The translations under genes were made by a program, and so were the position numbers. The notes under the pieces are model-generated. The model made no database searches. It worked only from the letters and a program-made list of their open reading frames with translations, and was not told the DNA's origin. 64,000 bases of DNA from the human T2T-CHM13v2.0 reference genome, Homo sapiens. Position 1 is the first letter of the stretch, and each line of letters begins with the position of its first letter. Positions 1 through 13,094 of this stretch are shown here, in pieces. The DNA lies in assembly GCF_009914755.1 (NCBI RefSeq), contig NC_060930.1, one strand, 5' to 3'.

Positions 1-504
1 CAGCCAATCTGCCACTGTAAAAATTTCACTTGACTCATTCTTTACAATATTTCTGGAAGACAGGGTTGCTATTGTGGCTGCTATTGTTTAATCTGTTTTC
101 TTGGATTATTTGGATTACTCCAAAATCTTTTCATTAATTAAAATTGTAAAACTACTTTCAGTGAATTAATACCACAGATTTGTTAGTTCAGTCTGGGTTG
201 TGAAAGGGTCTGAACCCAGGTCATGGGGTTAGTATTTGGCTCATGCATCTCTTGTTCAAAACATTCATTCACCTGCAAGTTATTTAAGAAAGACCAGTTG
301 ACCATGTAGGTATCCCCATGACATGAGCATACATTAAGAAAGAAGGGGTTATAAATCCATAGATTTTGCAGCTGAAAGGAAACTTATAGACCATCCAACA
401 ATTTCATTCTTCATAGAAGAAAAGTCAAAGTGGAGAAAGGACTTTGTCTTATTCATCTATGGTACCTGAAGCACAACAAAATCATAATAAATTATAAATC
501 TTGG

Positions 505-700
505 TGCTTAGTATGAAGCTAAGTATTTATATACATGGTCTCATTCTCACCATAAAATCTGAAGGGGGTGCAAATTTCTAGATTTTTGTGAATGACAAAA
601 CTGAGACTTTCAGAGATGAAGTAATATGCTCAGGTTCCATAGCTAATAAAGTAAAATCACAATGAATCTTACTCTGAAGCCTAAATTCCCTTCCTCACCC
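505..700 (-). mobile_element. MIR SINE fragment
   Basis: Degenerate MIR core in reverse orientation (aaaactgagact..cagagatgaagtaat..caggtt..atagctaataa). Confidence 0.6.
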
Positions 701-1177
701 ATTATTATAGGTGATTTTATGATTTTATATTAGGTACTAAAAAATGATGTTGAATTTGTAATACTAAAATTTCCTGGTCAATAGATACAATGAATGGAAA
801 CAGAGAGAGAGTGAGAGAGAGAAGTGGGGGAGGGAAGAAGGGAGTAGAATGGAGGATAGGAAAAAGAAAGAAACCTCAGTACTGTAACTTTATGATTTTT
901 GCATTTGCGTCCTTTGATTTCAGTCCAATATTATAATACTTAAAACCAAATTCTACCAGATTATTAGTCAATGACTCCTAATTAGTAAACTCAGATAAAG
1001 TAAACAATATTAAATCAGTAAGGTAAAAGTTACTATGTAATACAAGAAGCTTATTAATATCAATCTAAAAGCATTAACATTGCTACCTCACCAAGCCCCG
1101 AAAAAAATCACATTAAAACCTCTGCAGTTATATAAACATTACAAACTTTAAAATTCAGTAACCTGGATATAGTTTGA

Positions 1178-1559
<382 letters not shown>

Positions 1560-2169
1560 TAATAATTAATTTTATACCATGCATTAAGTAGTTACTATGT
1601 GCATGACCCTGAGCCAGGTATTACAACATAGTTGAATAAAAGTCTTTATAAAAATGAACACTTTTGTTTTTCCTTTGAGGGTTTCATTAAGTTTTCAATA
1701 TTTTAAGGGTATAGTGTTTTCAGGACAAAAATGACAAAAACCAACAACCAATGTTTTGTTATTTGTTTCAGTTCAGTCTCTATCTCAAGCCAGATTTTTT
1801 ACAGTTTCCTTAGTGAGTGCACTTAACTAACTTGGCTTTCTAGACTTGGTTTAGAAGGCTTTCTTGAAGAAGAGGAAATATGCTGCTTTGAATTAGGATA
1901 ATTTTGAAACACCTATGCTTTGACTTTAGAAAGCACCACCACGCTATGACTTTAGAAAGCATTTTGTGAAGTTAGATCAATACTCTTGATTAATTTCTAG
2001 CTGCATTCATACTTTAGTCATATATTCTCCATACAAATTTTTGCATTCTTGTGAAAGCAAAACAAATATTTTTCTTTTAAATAACTTAGACAACCCTTTT
2101 TAATGAAATTAGAGAAACCTTAGCTCTAATTGTGGCAGTTAAAATGAGCAAGTCCATATCAATTATACT

Positions 2170-2470
2170 CAGTCCAGAGAACCATGTAACATGATGGAAA
2201 CAAAAGCCATGCCTAAAGGTCAATGGAATTGAGATGTCTTCACCTGAAAAAAGGGGGTCACTAAGGAAAGGGGCTACTGATTAATTAACTTCAGGAATAT
2301 GCATTCTTCTTCTCAAGTATGGAAAAGATAAAGAGCAAATAGACTGGAGTTTCAAGAAAAGAAAATTTAATTAGAGATAAGATATAACGTCTTGACTGTA
2401 AGATAATAAAATATTGCAGCAGATTAAATTAAAAGGTATTTTGAAAACTTTCTATTAGTTAAGGCTTTGA
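2170..2470 (+). mobile_element. L3/CR1 LINE 3' fragment (ancient)
   Basis: Weak resemblance to the L3 3' region (ggaattgagatgtcttcacctgaaaaaag ... agagataagatataacgtcttgactgtaaga). Confidence 0.5.
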
Positions 2471-2879
2471 TCCACCCAAGAGCAGAGAAGTAAACCAAAC
2501 AAAATCAATTCAACAAAATAATTATGTGAAATGTAGATTACCTTTCCAATAAGTTTCCCTCTGGATAGAATTTCAGGGAAAATTGTTTTATTTTATATTA
2601 ATGGTATCTATTACTTTGTTTTCTCTCATATTGCATGTATTACTGTTAATGACAGTCTAGTCAAGTCATTATTCACGGGTGGCGAAGGACACAAAATTTG
2701 ATCATAAATGTTTACCTTCCCCCTTGCCGTGTGAGAACTCCTTTGATGTGGATCTTATTTCCTCTTAGCCTATAAGTAATTGTAGACTCATTCCCAAAAT
2801 CTCCATGCTAAACGGTCTTTGTGGTTTAAAAGAGTCATGCCTTAGCAGGGGTTCTCAGACTTTTCCACTAACAAACCTT

Positions 2880-3400
2880 TATATCAGTCAATGTCAGTCA
2901 AGAAAACCGAAACCACTCCAGGTATTTTGCACATCAGGATTTTAATACAGGGAATGGATCACAAACTAACCAGAAAAACTGAAAGAGCAAGAAGAATATA
3001 GAAGAAAACTAGAAAAGCACAGGGCCTAAGTGTGGTCTCATGGCCCACACTCACTGCTGAGCTCCCTGGAGGCATGGCCTTTTCTGCCGCTGCTGCTATA
3101 GGAATCACACTACTGCCACAATACAAGTAGCCAAGAACCTAAAATTAGTGCTGTTGCTGCTGAAGCCCATGGCCATCTGCGATCTCTCCTAATCATCCAC
3201 ACCTGCTACCACTGGAAACTAGTAGAGGGGAAGGGGAATTTTCCCTTCTCCTCACCTTCTAGTTACCTGCAGTGCATCACATTAGCAAACACTTAATAGC
3301 AAGCTAGATAGTAAAGGAACTGTGAACATAGAGTTTGCAGAATTCCAATCCTAGCAATACAAAGGACAGTATAAAATGGTGAGTATGGATCTAAGCCTGC
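2880..3400 (-). mobile_element. Old MaLR solo LTR (MLT1L/M-like)
   Basis: Reverse LTR end tatcagtca..gtcagtcaagaaaaccgaaaccactccaggtattt..gattttaatacagggaat. Confidence 0.6.
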
Positions 3401-3549
3401 TAATGCCTAGGTAGGTACCTGTCAATCTGTGCAATCATACAGTTCAAATGAAGATAAAATAATAAGACTCACTTAACAAGGAAGTCAAGACTGTTTTAGA
3501 CCAAAGTTGTGTTACAATTAAGTCTTTAGATTGTTTATTTATGCCAGAA

Positions 3550-3693
3550 GTAGAACTGACAGATAAAATACAGAACACCAATTAAATTTGAAAATTATAT
3601 GAAACTTCCTTATATTTCAAAATAGTTTTTCTTTCTCTGAAATTAAAATTTAACTCTGTATCTATCTTTTCATCTGCTAAATTTGACAACCCT
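3550..3693. mobile_element. MER53 palindromic DNA-transposon MITE
   Basis: agataaaatacagaacaccaattaaatttgaa ... ctgaaattaaaatttaact ... tgctaaatttgacaaccct matches the self-complementary MER53 layout. Confidence 0.7.
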
Positions 3694-3899
3694 TGGCCAC
3701 GAATACCATATTCTTTTCTTTTTTCTACTTTCTGATATTTAACATCACATCATGAGTTGGTGTACAGAACATATAGCAAGACTTATTACTAGTTCTGTAT
3801 TACTAGACTAAATTCCTTTATTTGACTACAAAACCTTGGATCTCTGGATCCTTGGATATCTGAATCACTCCAAAGGGGGGGACAATCATGATTCACATT

Positions 3900-4075
3900 T
3901 AATAGCATTTTACATTTTATAAATAATTTCTATACATTCTCATTTAATATTCATTGCAATCTTATGAGATAAGCCTAATTATAGATATATTCCAAAATTT
4001 TTTTAAATGCCTGTCAGAATATTTAAGTAATTTGTCCAAGGTCACATGATTAGCATACATGCTAACACTTGAATG
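3900..4075 (-). mobile_element. MIR SINE fragment
   Basis: ttaagtaatttgtccaaggtcacatgattag core. Confidence 0.65.
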
Positions 4076-6239
4076 TTCTTTCCCTTATCTCCAGGAAATT
4101 TCTGCAGCCCAAAGACTTAAAAAAACACTAAAGCTAAAATTTGATTTCTATAAACATGAAGGATAAGCCCAGCAGAAAAAGAAATCTAAGAGGCCAAACT
4201 GAACATTAAAGGAAAGAGAAGGAATTCTGCCTGTTTTGCCTTAGAAAACAATAGTGGTAGGGTTTATTGCCTGATCACTTAGATGCCTTCAAGCCTAGGT
4301 CTTTTTCAGAGCCAATAGGCATTGCACTACATGTTGAGAATGCAAAGATAGATAAGACATTGTCTGTGAAGTTGTGACCATACGGCCTAAGGACAAAGAT
4401 AATGCTTATTGTTGGAAAGTTGAATTATTCAACCCTTCCATGTCATGTTGCTAGAGACATAAAGTAACATTGTTGATTAGTGTTGGTTGCATTGATGCTC
4501 TCTAAGGGATTCTGTCTCCATAATTACATTCATCAATTCAGTATTCTTGTGTGTATAGAGCTAAAGACATTGTTTATGATGAAATATGTTATAATAATGT
4601 ATACATATGTAAGTAAGCTCCTTTTCATTACTCAAGTATTTCAGAAACAGGATTAATACCCACTTTACAGACCAACTGTGTAATGATGGACTTTTTGTGT
4701 ATGTAATTATTACAATTTGGATGGTGAAATTTCATCCATGGTATGTCAGAACAGTTTTATGATGAGTCGCTACTGTACTTAGGATATTGCTACTAGGAAT
4801 TAGAGTCCTCACAGGGACCTCCCAGAGATCATCTCTTCTATTCTACTGTCCTTAGGCAAAGCTAATTCTAATAAGTCAAGACTAAGTTTCTCTTCCCTGT
4901 TTTTAATAATTACCACACATAGTGATTTAGTCTACGTCCTCCAAAGTAATTCTCATATCAATATAGATCATTTTGGAAACCCAGATTTCTTTTAAAAATA
5001 TAAAAATGCGACCACCTTCAGTTATTTAAAAGATGGGATATTTGTAGGCTTGAACCGCCATTTCAAACTCACGCTTAACCAAAACCTGTTCTAACACAAA
5101 TGAACAAATGATCATGGCCAAATGTTTTTGGAAAAGTTGCCCTATTGTAATTCAATAAGAGTTAGTCATTTCAGGTTAGTTTTCTTTGGATGGTCCATTT
5201 GTGACTAAACAAACTACTTCTTCCCATTGCTAAACTTCCTTTGTGTTATATAATTATCTTGTGTTCACACAAGTTTATCTGACAAAAAATTATTGATTTA
5301 AAATTTTATAAGGTACTTATGTGTCAGTCACATTTTCTTGAGGTAAATCAGCATTTTTTTTTGCTCATTTCCTAGGTAGATTGCAGCTGGTCTGAGGGTA
5401 AACACAGAGGAGTTTCTTTCTCTTCCCAGGCTCTATAATGAGAATATTCTGTCTGATCAGGTGCATGCACTCTGCTGTCATTTGCAGCCTGACCTGCAGG
5501 TCAGGGGTGATGTGAGCTGGCTCAGGGATGCATACAAATCACATCCTCTTGTCTGTCTGTTTTGTTGACTGGTTCTCCTCAGGGTCGTGGCTATCTTAAG
5601 TAGCAGCCTGAAGGATAAAGTGTGCCCTGTCTGCGCTGTAAAACTTTGACTATGGACCAATCGTATCTGACATACAGCAGCATGAGGTTTGGTTTAGCCT
5701 TTGGATTCAGAACAAATCACTGGCTATCAATGGCTGATAGTGACATGCAGTTTACTGAAGCTCTCCTTTCTGACAGCTCTACGTGGGGAAGAAATGGATC
5801 ATTTTTAAGTTAGGATGTTTGTGTTTCAAATTATGCTCTGTATGAATCATTTTTAACATGAAAATGAAACTATTAAATTACAAAATTTTAAAAAGTGAAG
5901 TATTTTGCTTCAATGTTCTGGTTTCAACATGCAACATCCAGGCTAAAAAAGATCCCACATCTGGAAACATATGAGGCTGTTAAATGTTCTCAGTGAGATT
6001 TTGCTATATCGATGTGTATAAATTTATAACTTTTGCTGCTTTCACTAAATTGTATCTTTAATCACAGAATTTAACTAATAGACAAGTTTAATGTCCTTTC
6101 AGTGTCATTCCACCTAGCATCAAAACTTGTTAATAGCAGATGAAATTAGAGTTCATCTATAGTCTGCTTTAATATTTATGGAAGATTTCTGTAATTTGAC
6201 TTTAAAACATTTGAACCTGTTACTCCTCATATAAAAAGA

Positions 6240-6750
6240 TATCCAATCAGTTGCTATGAGAAACACAGAAAAATAAATAAATGACATAATCAAGGCCCTC
6301 AAAAAGGTTACAATCTAGCAAGGGAGAAAAAGCATAAACATAAAGCAAAGCATACTAACATAAATACTATGAAAAATATAAAAATTTGTGAGAGCTTAGA
6401 AGGGAGAATATTTACACCTAGCTGGCCTTTGAGTAAATGGCAAGATTCCAAAAATGGAAATGAGGATGAGCAAGGAAAGGCATTCCAGAGAGAACAAGGT
6501 AAACAAACACTCAGGACTAGATGAGGAGGTCAAGTATTAGGTGGGGTACAGACACTGTCCTCCAGAAAAGATCGTGTGGCCATAATATGTAGGGTAAGTT
6601 ATTGGCAGGAGAAATTGGAGCTTAAGAGACTTATTGCAAATAAGCCAAATATAAGGTAATAAGTATTTGACTAGGGTAACTGAAGCCACAGTAAAGAAGA
6701 AAGAATGATTTCCAAGAAGCGTTTGAGAAATAAAGTGTTCCTTGTTTGAA
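6240..6750 (-). mobile_element. L2 LINE fragment
   Basis: Purine-rich reverse L2 (ggccctcaaaaaggttacaatctagcaaggga ... ggaaaggcattccagagag). Confidence 0.6.
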
Positions 6751-7859
6751 AAGGGGAGTAAACATTTCCCGGAGTAAACCTCCTCACATATGTACACACA
6801 TTGGGTCCTTTGGTGTCTTTCCAGGATGACAGCAACTCACTGAGCAAAGATTTATTATAAGACTTAGGGCACTGTTAGCTTTTCCATCATACCTTCCAGT
6901 CTGAGGTCCTTCAGGAGGCCTACTCAGCTTCATTTGTCTTTCTCTCCAGTATAATATATGCTTACATGATTATTGATTAAGTAAATTAGTGAATACGAAT
7001 ACATCATTTCAATACTTTCTTTATAGATCATTAGAGAATTATGATGTCTTTGATAATAATTTAAAAAAAAAAAAGAGGAAGGGGAGCAGGCTTTTCAAGG
7101 GCAGTGAGTTTAGTTATAGACCTCTTCACTCAGCTCAGAGCCCCACAAGCAGAGTCATTATGAGACCTCAAGGCAGCTTTCTGAGTCAGCTTTTTGTATT
7201 ATTTACAAAATCAATATTGTAATCATGATATTCTAGTAACCCATTACTCTGAGATGTTTAGCTCAGTCTCCATATTCACAGGCATTATAACTTCTCTATT
7301 GATATTTACAGTGAAATTAAATGACAATATCAATTATATGTGAAGGGTGAATTTGGATTAAAATATGCATCTCAGCTTCTAAAATTATGTGTTTCAAAAG
7401 CAAAAGCAAATAGAAAAACATTCAGCTTCAAAGGTTCTAGATTGAGCTCCCATGAATGTGGACTGGATTACAAGTTGGTTCCCAACCTTCCATGTCATCT
7501 AATTTTCTGATGTTTATATTTTCAGCAAACTATTCCCAAACTCATTTGTATATACATGCTACATAGCAGGATAGATTTTTATAAGAATATGAAGAATCCT
7601 TATAAGAGGAAATACTTGATAGTTTGTATTCATGACAGGATCATTAAGTCCTGTTGTTAAGTCCAATTTGTATCTTTAGAGTTTTATCAGCTTTGGTATC
7701 TGAGTTCTATTAAATAAACTTGCAAAGTTGTGTGAGTAATGCTAAAGGCATGCTCTATTTCTTATAGTCTATGAAGTACTACAGCCGTGTTCAGTCCAGA
7801 GCCATTTGTCAATTCTGGGAAAGGAGAGAGAATAAAAGAGAGAGAAATAACCTTCTTGT

Positions 7860-8470
7860 GAGATCACCATGGGCCTTTGTCAGCATCCAGTCCCTTAGTC
7901 TCTAGATTCTTGTAACGATTTCCTTCTTTTGCCCCTTCAGGCTTAGGGGTTATAGCAATGCCTAAATCTCTAGCCCTAGGGCATAGCACTATCCTTTGTG
8001 TTTTCCTTGCCCTCCTCTTGATAAACTGCCTCTTCATTAAACTCTCCTTGAAATTTTTCTTTTTGTTTTCTGGGTTTGTTTTGGGTTTGTTTTTGTTGTT
8101 GTTGTTGTTGTTGTTTTTGTTTTTAGATGGAGTCTTATTCTGTTGCCCAGGCTGGAGTGCAGTGACATGATCTCAGCTCACTGCAACCTTCACCTCTCAG
8201 GTTCAAGCAATTCTTCTTGCCTCAGTCTCCTAAGTAGCTGGTACTACAGGTGCATTCCATAGCACCCAGCTAATTTTTGTATTTTTAGTAGAAACGGGGT
8301 TTTCACCATGTTGTCCAGGCTAGTCTCGAATTCGTGACCTCAGGTGATCTGCCCTCCTTGGCCTTCCAAAGTGCTGGGATTATAAGCGAGAACCACCATG
8401 CCTGGCCTTCTCCTTGAAATTTTTCAATTTGATCATCCTATCTCATTCCTACCAGAATACTAATCGATAT
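7860..8470 (+). mobile_element. ERVL solo LTR (LTR41-like), interrupted by an Alu
   Basis: gccccttcaggcttaggggt ... ttcattaaactctc ... ttcctaccagaatactaatcgata resembles the LTR41 3' end; 5' boundary uncertain. Confidence 0.55.
8060..8407 (-). mobile_element. Alu SINE, AluS (Sx-like), with 17-bp TSD
   Basis: Full reverse Alu with (GTT)n tail; TSD tctccttgaaatttttc at 8043-8059 and 8409-8425. Confidence 0.95.
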
Positions 8471-8944
8471 AATAGTCATAAGAGATTAATGTACTGGTTT
8501 CAAAAGCTTCTACAATTTTATTCATATTTAAATTCTACTCATATTAAAAGTATTTCTGCCTTTAACTCATGAATAAAATTGTTAACAAAATCACCTATTT
8601 CAGTTCATCTGGGATAGAAAAGGAAATTATCAGAAGAATCCCAGAAGAATCTGTGCCAACTGGAGTCCCATAGTAAAGCTATTAATCAATTAATTGTTTG
8701 GAAAGAAAAAGTATAAATATTGGAAATATAACAAAGGTGATAATAGGCAATTCAGTTGTAAAATATGGTCTTCTTAAGTACAATTGAATACCATACAGAA
8801 TATGATTATTTTTCCTTGTATTTATGGATATCTTTCCATTTTTGGATCCTGCAGACTTCAGTATTCAATCTTCTCCTCTGTTTCACTCATTCCTTTTTAT
8901 ATCTCAACCATTCTCATGACCTTAAATATTATCTGAACACTTCT

Positions 8945-9755
8945 TCTGGACAGCAAGGAGTGGAGAGCAGAAGACCAGCATTTTCACCAAGAACAACTGT
9001 GAAAACATTCACAGTTAAATAAAGTTCATAAATAAAGCTCAAAAATAATCTGTTTAAGTCAACAGAGTGCTGCTGAGGCAGTAATAACTGGAACTGCTTA
9101 ACTTTGGAAGAGATATGAACTTCCTAGAAGTGAGCTGACTTCCTTAGCCATTGTACTTGGCCCATTTGTCTATTCTGGGCAAATAAAAGGCTTAGAATTC
9201 AGCCTGTCTACCTACAGGGGAGCCATTTCCAGGGACAAGGAAAACCAGCAGAGATTTGTAAGAGACTTGTGGTAACCTTATACACAGCTGGTTATTCTTT
9301 CAAGATATTTTCCAAGTCCTGGTGTTGAATGGGGCAAGGGACCCAAAACTTAAGCAGAAAGCCCCCCAAAGCAGAGCAAAGCTTGCAACAGCCTCACAAG
9401 ACAAAGACTGGAATTCAGGACCTATCAGGGAAAGGATTAGGGGTGAATTAGAGTTAGACTGAGCCTTACCAGTGCTACAATCCAGCCTTATCAGCCATCA
9501 TTCTATTGGCCTAGATAAAGGTAGGTTCAATCCTCTCTGGAGAAATATAATATCATCTACAGCCTCTGCAATGTTGACATTGTTGATGTTGTTATTCAAT
9601 TCATATTTAGCGTTCAACCAAAAATTACTAAAAATACCAAAAGAAAATACCACATTACTTTTATAAAGAGATAAATTTAAAAAAAGACAATGGAAAGAAA
9701 TTCACAGAGGCTCGAGATACTGGAGTTAGGTGAAAAATTATTTTAAAATAACGAA
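8945..9755 (+). mobile_element. Old L1M (L1ME-type) 5'-region fragment inserted in L2
   Basis: tcctctctggagaaatataa ... caaccaaaaattactaaa ... gagatactggagttag...ttttaaaata, typical of old L1M 5'UTR/ORF1 start. Confidence 0.5.
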
Positions 9756-9759
9756 ATAT

Positions 9760-11066
9760 CATCTATACTGATTACTATTCAACTTTTACCACCAGTCTAT
9801 ACTTCTCCCCTGGACTCCATACTTGTAGATAACTATCTACCCCATGTCTTCATTTAGATGACTAATACACATTTCAAACCCAAAAGTACAAAATAAAATT
9901 CCTGATCCTACCACTCGCAACTCATTTCCTTTATAGACATTCACATTTCAGTAAATAGCAAGTGCATCTTTTCAGTTGTCCAGGCCAAAAAAATTTGAAG
10001 TTATTCTTACCTCTCTTCTTTCCCTCATACCAATATCCAGCATATCAGTGAATTCTATATGCTCTCTTACAAATTATACCTCCAATCCTAACATGTTTTA
10101 CTACCTTACTCCTATTTCCTTGGTTGAGTCTTGCCTATATAATAGTGTCCTTCTCATCTCTTGTATCTCTCTTTGCCCTCTGTGGACTATTCTTGACACA
10201 AAAGATGTAACAACACACTTGTTATAGTTGTCAGATTATATAACTCCTCTGCTCAAAAATTTCCAGTGATTTTCTATATAAATTAAAAGGAGTTCCATTA
10301 TGCTACAGTAACAGAGCCAAAATCTCAGTGTCTTCAAACAACAGATTTATTTCTTATTCACATTATCTGTCCATTATAGGGCAGATGAGCTCTCCATTTC
10401 ATATCATTTTACCTCAAACAGCCCAGGAGCTAGGCCACTGTAAGAGCTACCAACTGTAACGTTGTCAACTGCAGCTCAGAGGAAAAGAAAACAGTGAGGA
10501 GCACATGGGCTCTTCAGAATAACAGTCACTGCCACTTATATACCATTGGCCAAAGCCAGTCATGTGGCCACCCAAATCTTATCTGATTGACAAGCCTCCA
10601 CATTATCCCATCTTTGTGTCACCTTACCTTTCTCATCTTCTCCTTTCTCACAGTGCTTCAGGCATACTAGTCTCTTAGATGCTCTTCAAACAGTTCATGG
10701 AAGCTCCAGCTTAGAACTTGCTGTTCCCTCTAACTTAGAACAGTCTTCTCCTAGTTATCCCTCCCCTGACTATTTTAGACCTTTGTTCAAAATTCACCAT
10801 CTCACAAGACTTCCCTTACCATCCTGTTTTAAATTTCAGTGCTTAATATGTGCCTCTGTTACTCTCTATCCCTCTTCTCATCTTCATTTTTCTCTGTAGG
10901 ACTTATCTTCATGAAATTCTATATTTTTAATTCTTTATTATCTGTTTCTCTTCACTAGACTATAAGCTTCACAAAGGCAGGGATTTTTTTCCAACTAAGT
11001 TAGCTCCAACACCTACAGGAATTGCCAATACAAAATGGGTGCTAAATAAATATCTATTGCATAAAT
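9760..11066 (+). mobile_element. L2a LINE 3' portion, interrupted by an MLT1 LTR at about 10290-10575
   Basis: Pyrimidine-rich L2 body ending ttcactagactataagcttcacaaaggcaggga ... gtgctaaataaatatctattgcataaat. Confidence 0.75.
10290..10575 (-). mobile_element. MLT1-family MaLR LTR fragment
   Basis: tatgctacagtaaca..aaaatctcagtgtctt..aaacaacagatttatttcttattcac ... cattggccaaagccagtcatgtggccac. Confidence 0.65.
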
Positions 11067-13094
11067 ATAATGTCCCATCTTATTTTTATAGGACTTTAAA
11101 ATGTACAAACCATTCTGATATGCATCTTCTCATTCAAAATTTACAACCACCTAGAGAAGGACTAGCATGTGAATATACTGACCCACCTTAATAAGATGGC
11201 AAACATGTAACTTGAGCAAGTATAGTCTGAAGTGCCCCCTGATAATCACCAAGTTTAATACAATGAGAAGTGGATGAGAGGAGCAGCTCAAATCATCTAC
11301 TGAAATGTAAACACTTTACTGCCTGCACATCTCTAATAAGAATGGATGTGGTGTGTCATCTGTAATTTAATCACCAGCATTACATCTTGATAGTAAACAA
11401 GGATCACTAGACTATTCCCTATAAAGTTAGATTACCACATATACAAAATACACACTGAATTTGGGTAGTATTTCAGGTGTGACACAGATGATAAATGGAA
11501 GAAATTCAAACTAAACATTGCACTCTTATAGCTGAGCCTATCATGCTTCTAAATGTTAGTGCTTGCTGCACTATATCACCTGTCCAGCCCAACCTCACCC
11601 CAACTGTCTGAATGCAGAGGAATAAATTAATTCCTGAGTTATATTTATGGATTTAAAATTATTTGTATTGCTGGGTATGTTGTTTTCATTGAGGAAACAT
11701 TGTATTGCAGAATTTTTTCAGGATTTATGATGTAATGGCAGTTGAAACAATTTATCTAAACAACACTACTATCAAGAGATCCAACACATATATGCACATA
11801 TATGGGATGCTTTGGGGTTTAAAAAAATATTTTTAAAGAGGTTAGTTTTTTACGAAGTTGACAAATTTTGCATGTATGTTGTATGTAGAGCCTTTTATTG
11901 CCAATTATTTCATAGACTATTGGTATACAACAGAGTAAAAGAATCCATATGAAAGCATAAGCTAAGAAAAAAAATGAGCATCTCTCTCTACCTCTCACAG
12001 ATACACACGCCCCAGATATTTACCATGTTACCATATTTACCAAATTATTAAATCATCAGAAGATGATTTAATAATTTATTTTATTGTTTTACTATTACAC
12101 AAAGCTTATTTTTTAGCTACATAAAACAAGACAGCAAAATATATGACATTAAACAGTGTAAAAGGGGTTAGTGGTTTACAGTCCATACAGGCCACAACTT
12201 TATATGCAAATGAATAAATAAAAAATTAAGCAAAATGTTCCTTCTTGAATCAAGTGGAAAAATAAGTGATTATAAGAAGTTACTGCACAGTGAAAGCTTC
12301 CTCTTGCGGTTCTTAAATCTAGGATTTTGCTGCTCCAGTGTTACGCAAGCGTAAGGACCATGGACAGCGTCTTGGGTTTACATATGAATATATGTTTCCA
12401 TGATAGGAAATAACTGTGGATTCCTAAAAATGCATTATAGAAAATGCCATTTGATGTTTCTTCCATTTCTAATAAATTAAAAATCAGTTATTATTAAAAT
12501 GCTTCACGAATTCACAGAGGACCTTGAAGACTAACATATTAGTTTCTTTTTTGAAGGGATGTCAAACCACATTTTACATGTTCCCATTTACAGTAATGAT
12601 CAAATAACCACTTTTATAAGAAGATTATTTAATTTTCAACAAAAGAAAAGTCTGGATCACCAGTTGTTTGTTAGCTTGGTTTGTGGGAGAGGAGGGGTGA
12701 AGATAACATGGTCACACATTATTTCCTCTGCTTCTTTCACTACCCCTTCATTGTATTAACACATATTCTTAGACATAAAATGATCTCAGGCCACTTCGTC
12801 TCAAATTGTGTGTCTATTACACTTTTTCTTACATTGATCTTATGATGTAGTCTTCTGATCTTGATTCAAATAAGAAAAATGAACTTATTCTGAACTTACA
12901 GAATCAGGCATTCTAATCACAAGTCTTGTGCAGGAAAGCTGATGTTTGATAATCTTCACCACAGAGCTGGTGGTGTTTGCTTGAGAGCATGTTAGCATTA
13001 ATGTATTTGTCCTCACATTTAATTCAAAGCATCTTACATAGACACCATTAATGGTATTTTGCTAGCACTTTCAAATGACTTCTAATGTAATTTA

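Noticed and set aside
1913-1962. Direct repeat tgactttagaaagca x2 (also aagcctcaccaaa x2 at 44881-44933 and tgcacctatac x2 at 39150-39172)
   Set aside because: Two-copy local slippage duplications; no repeat-spacer array, not CRISPR-like
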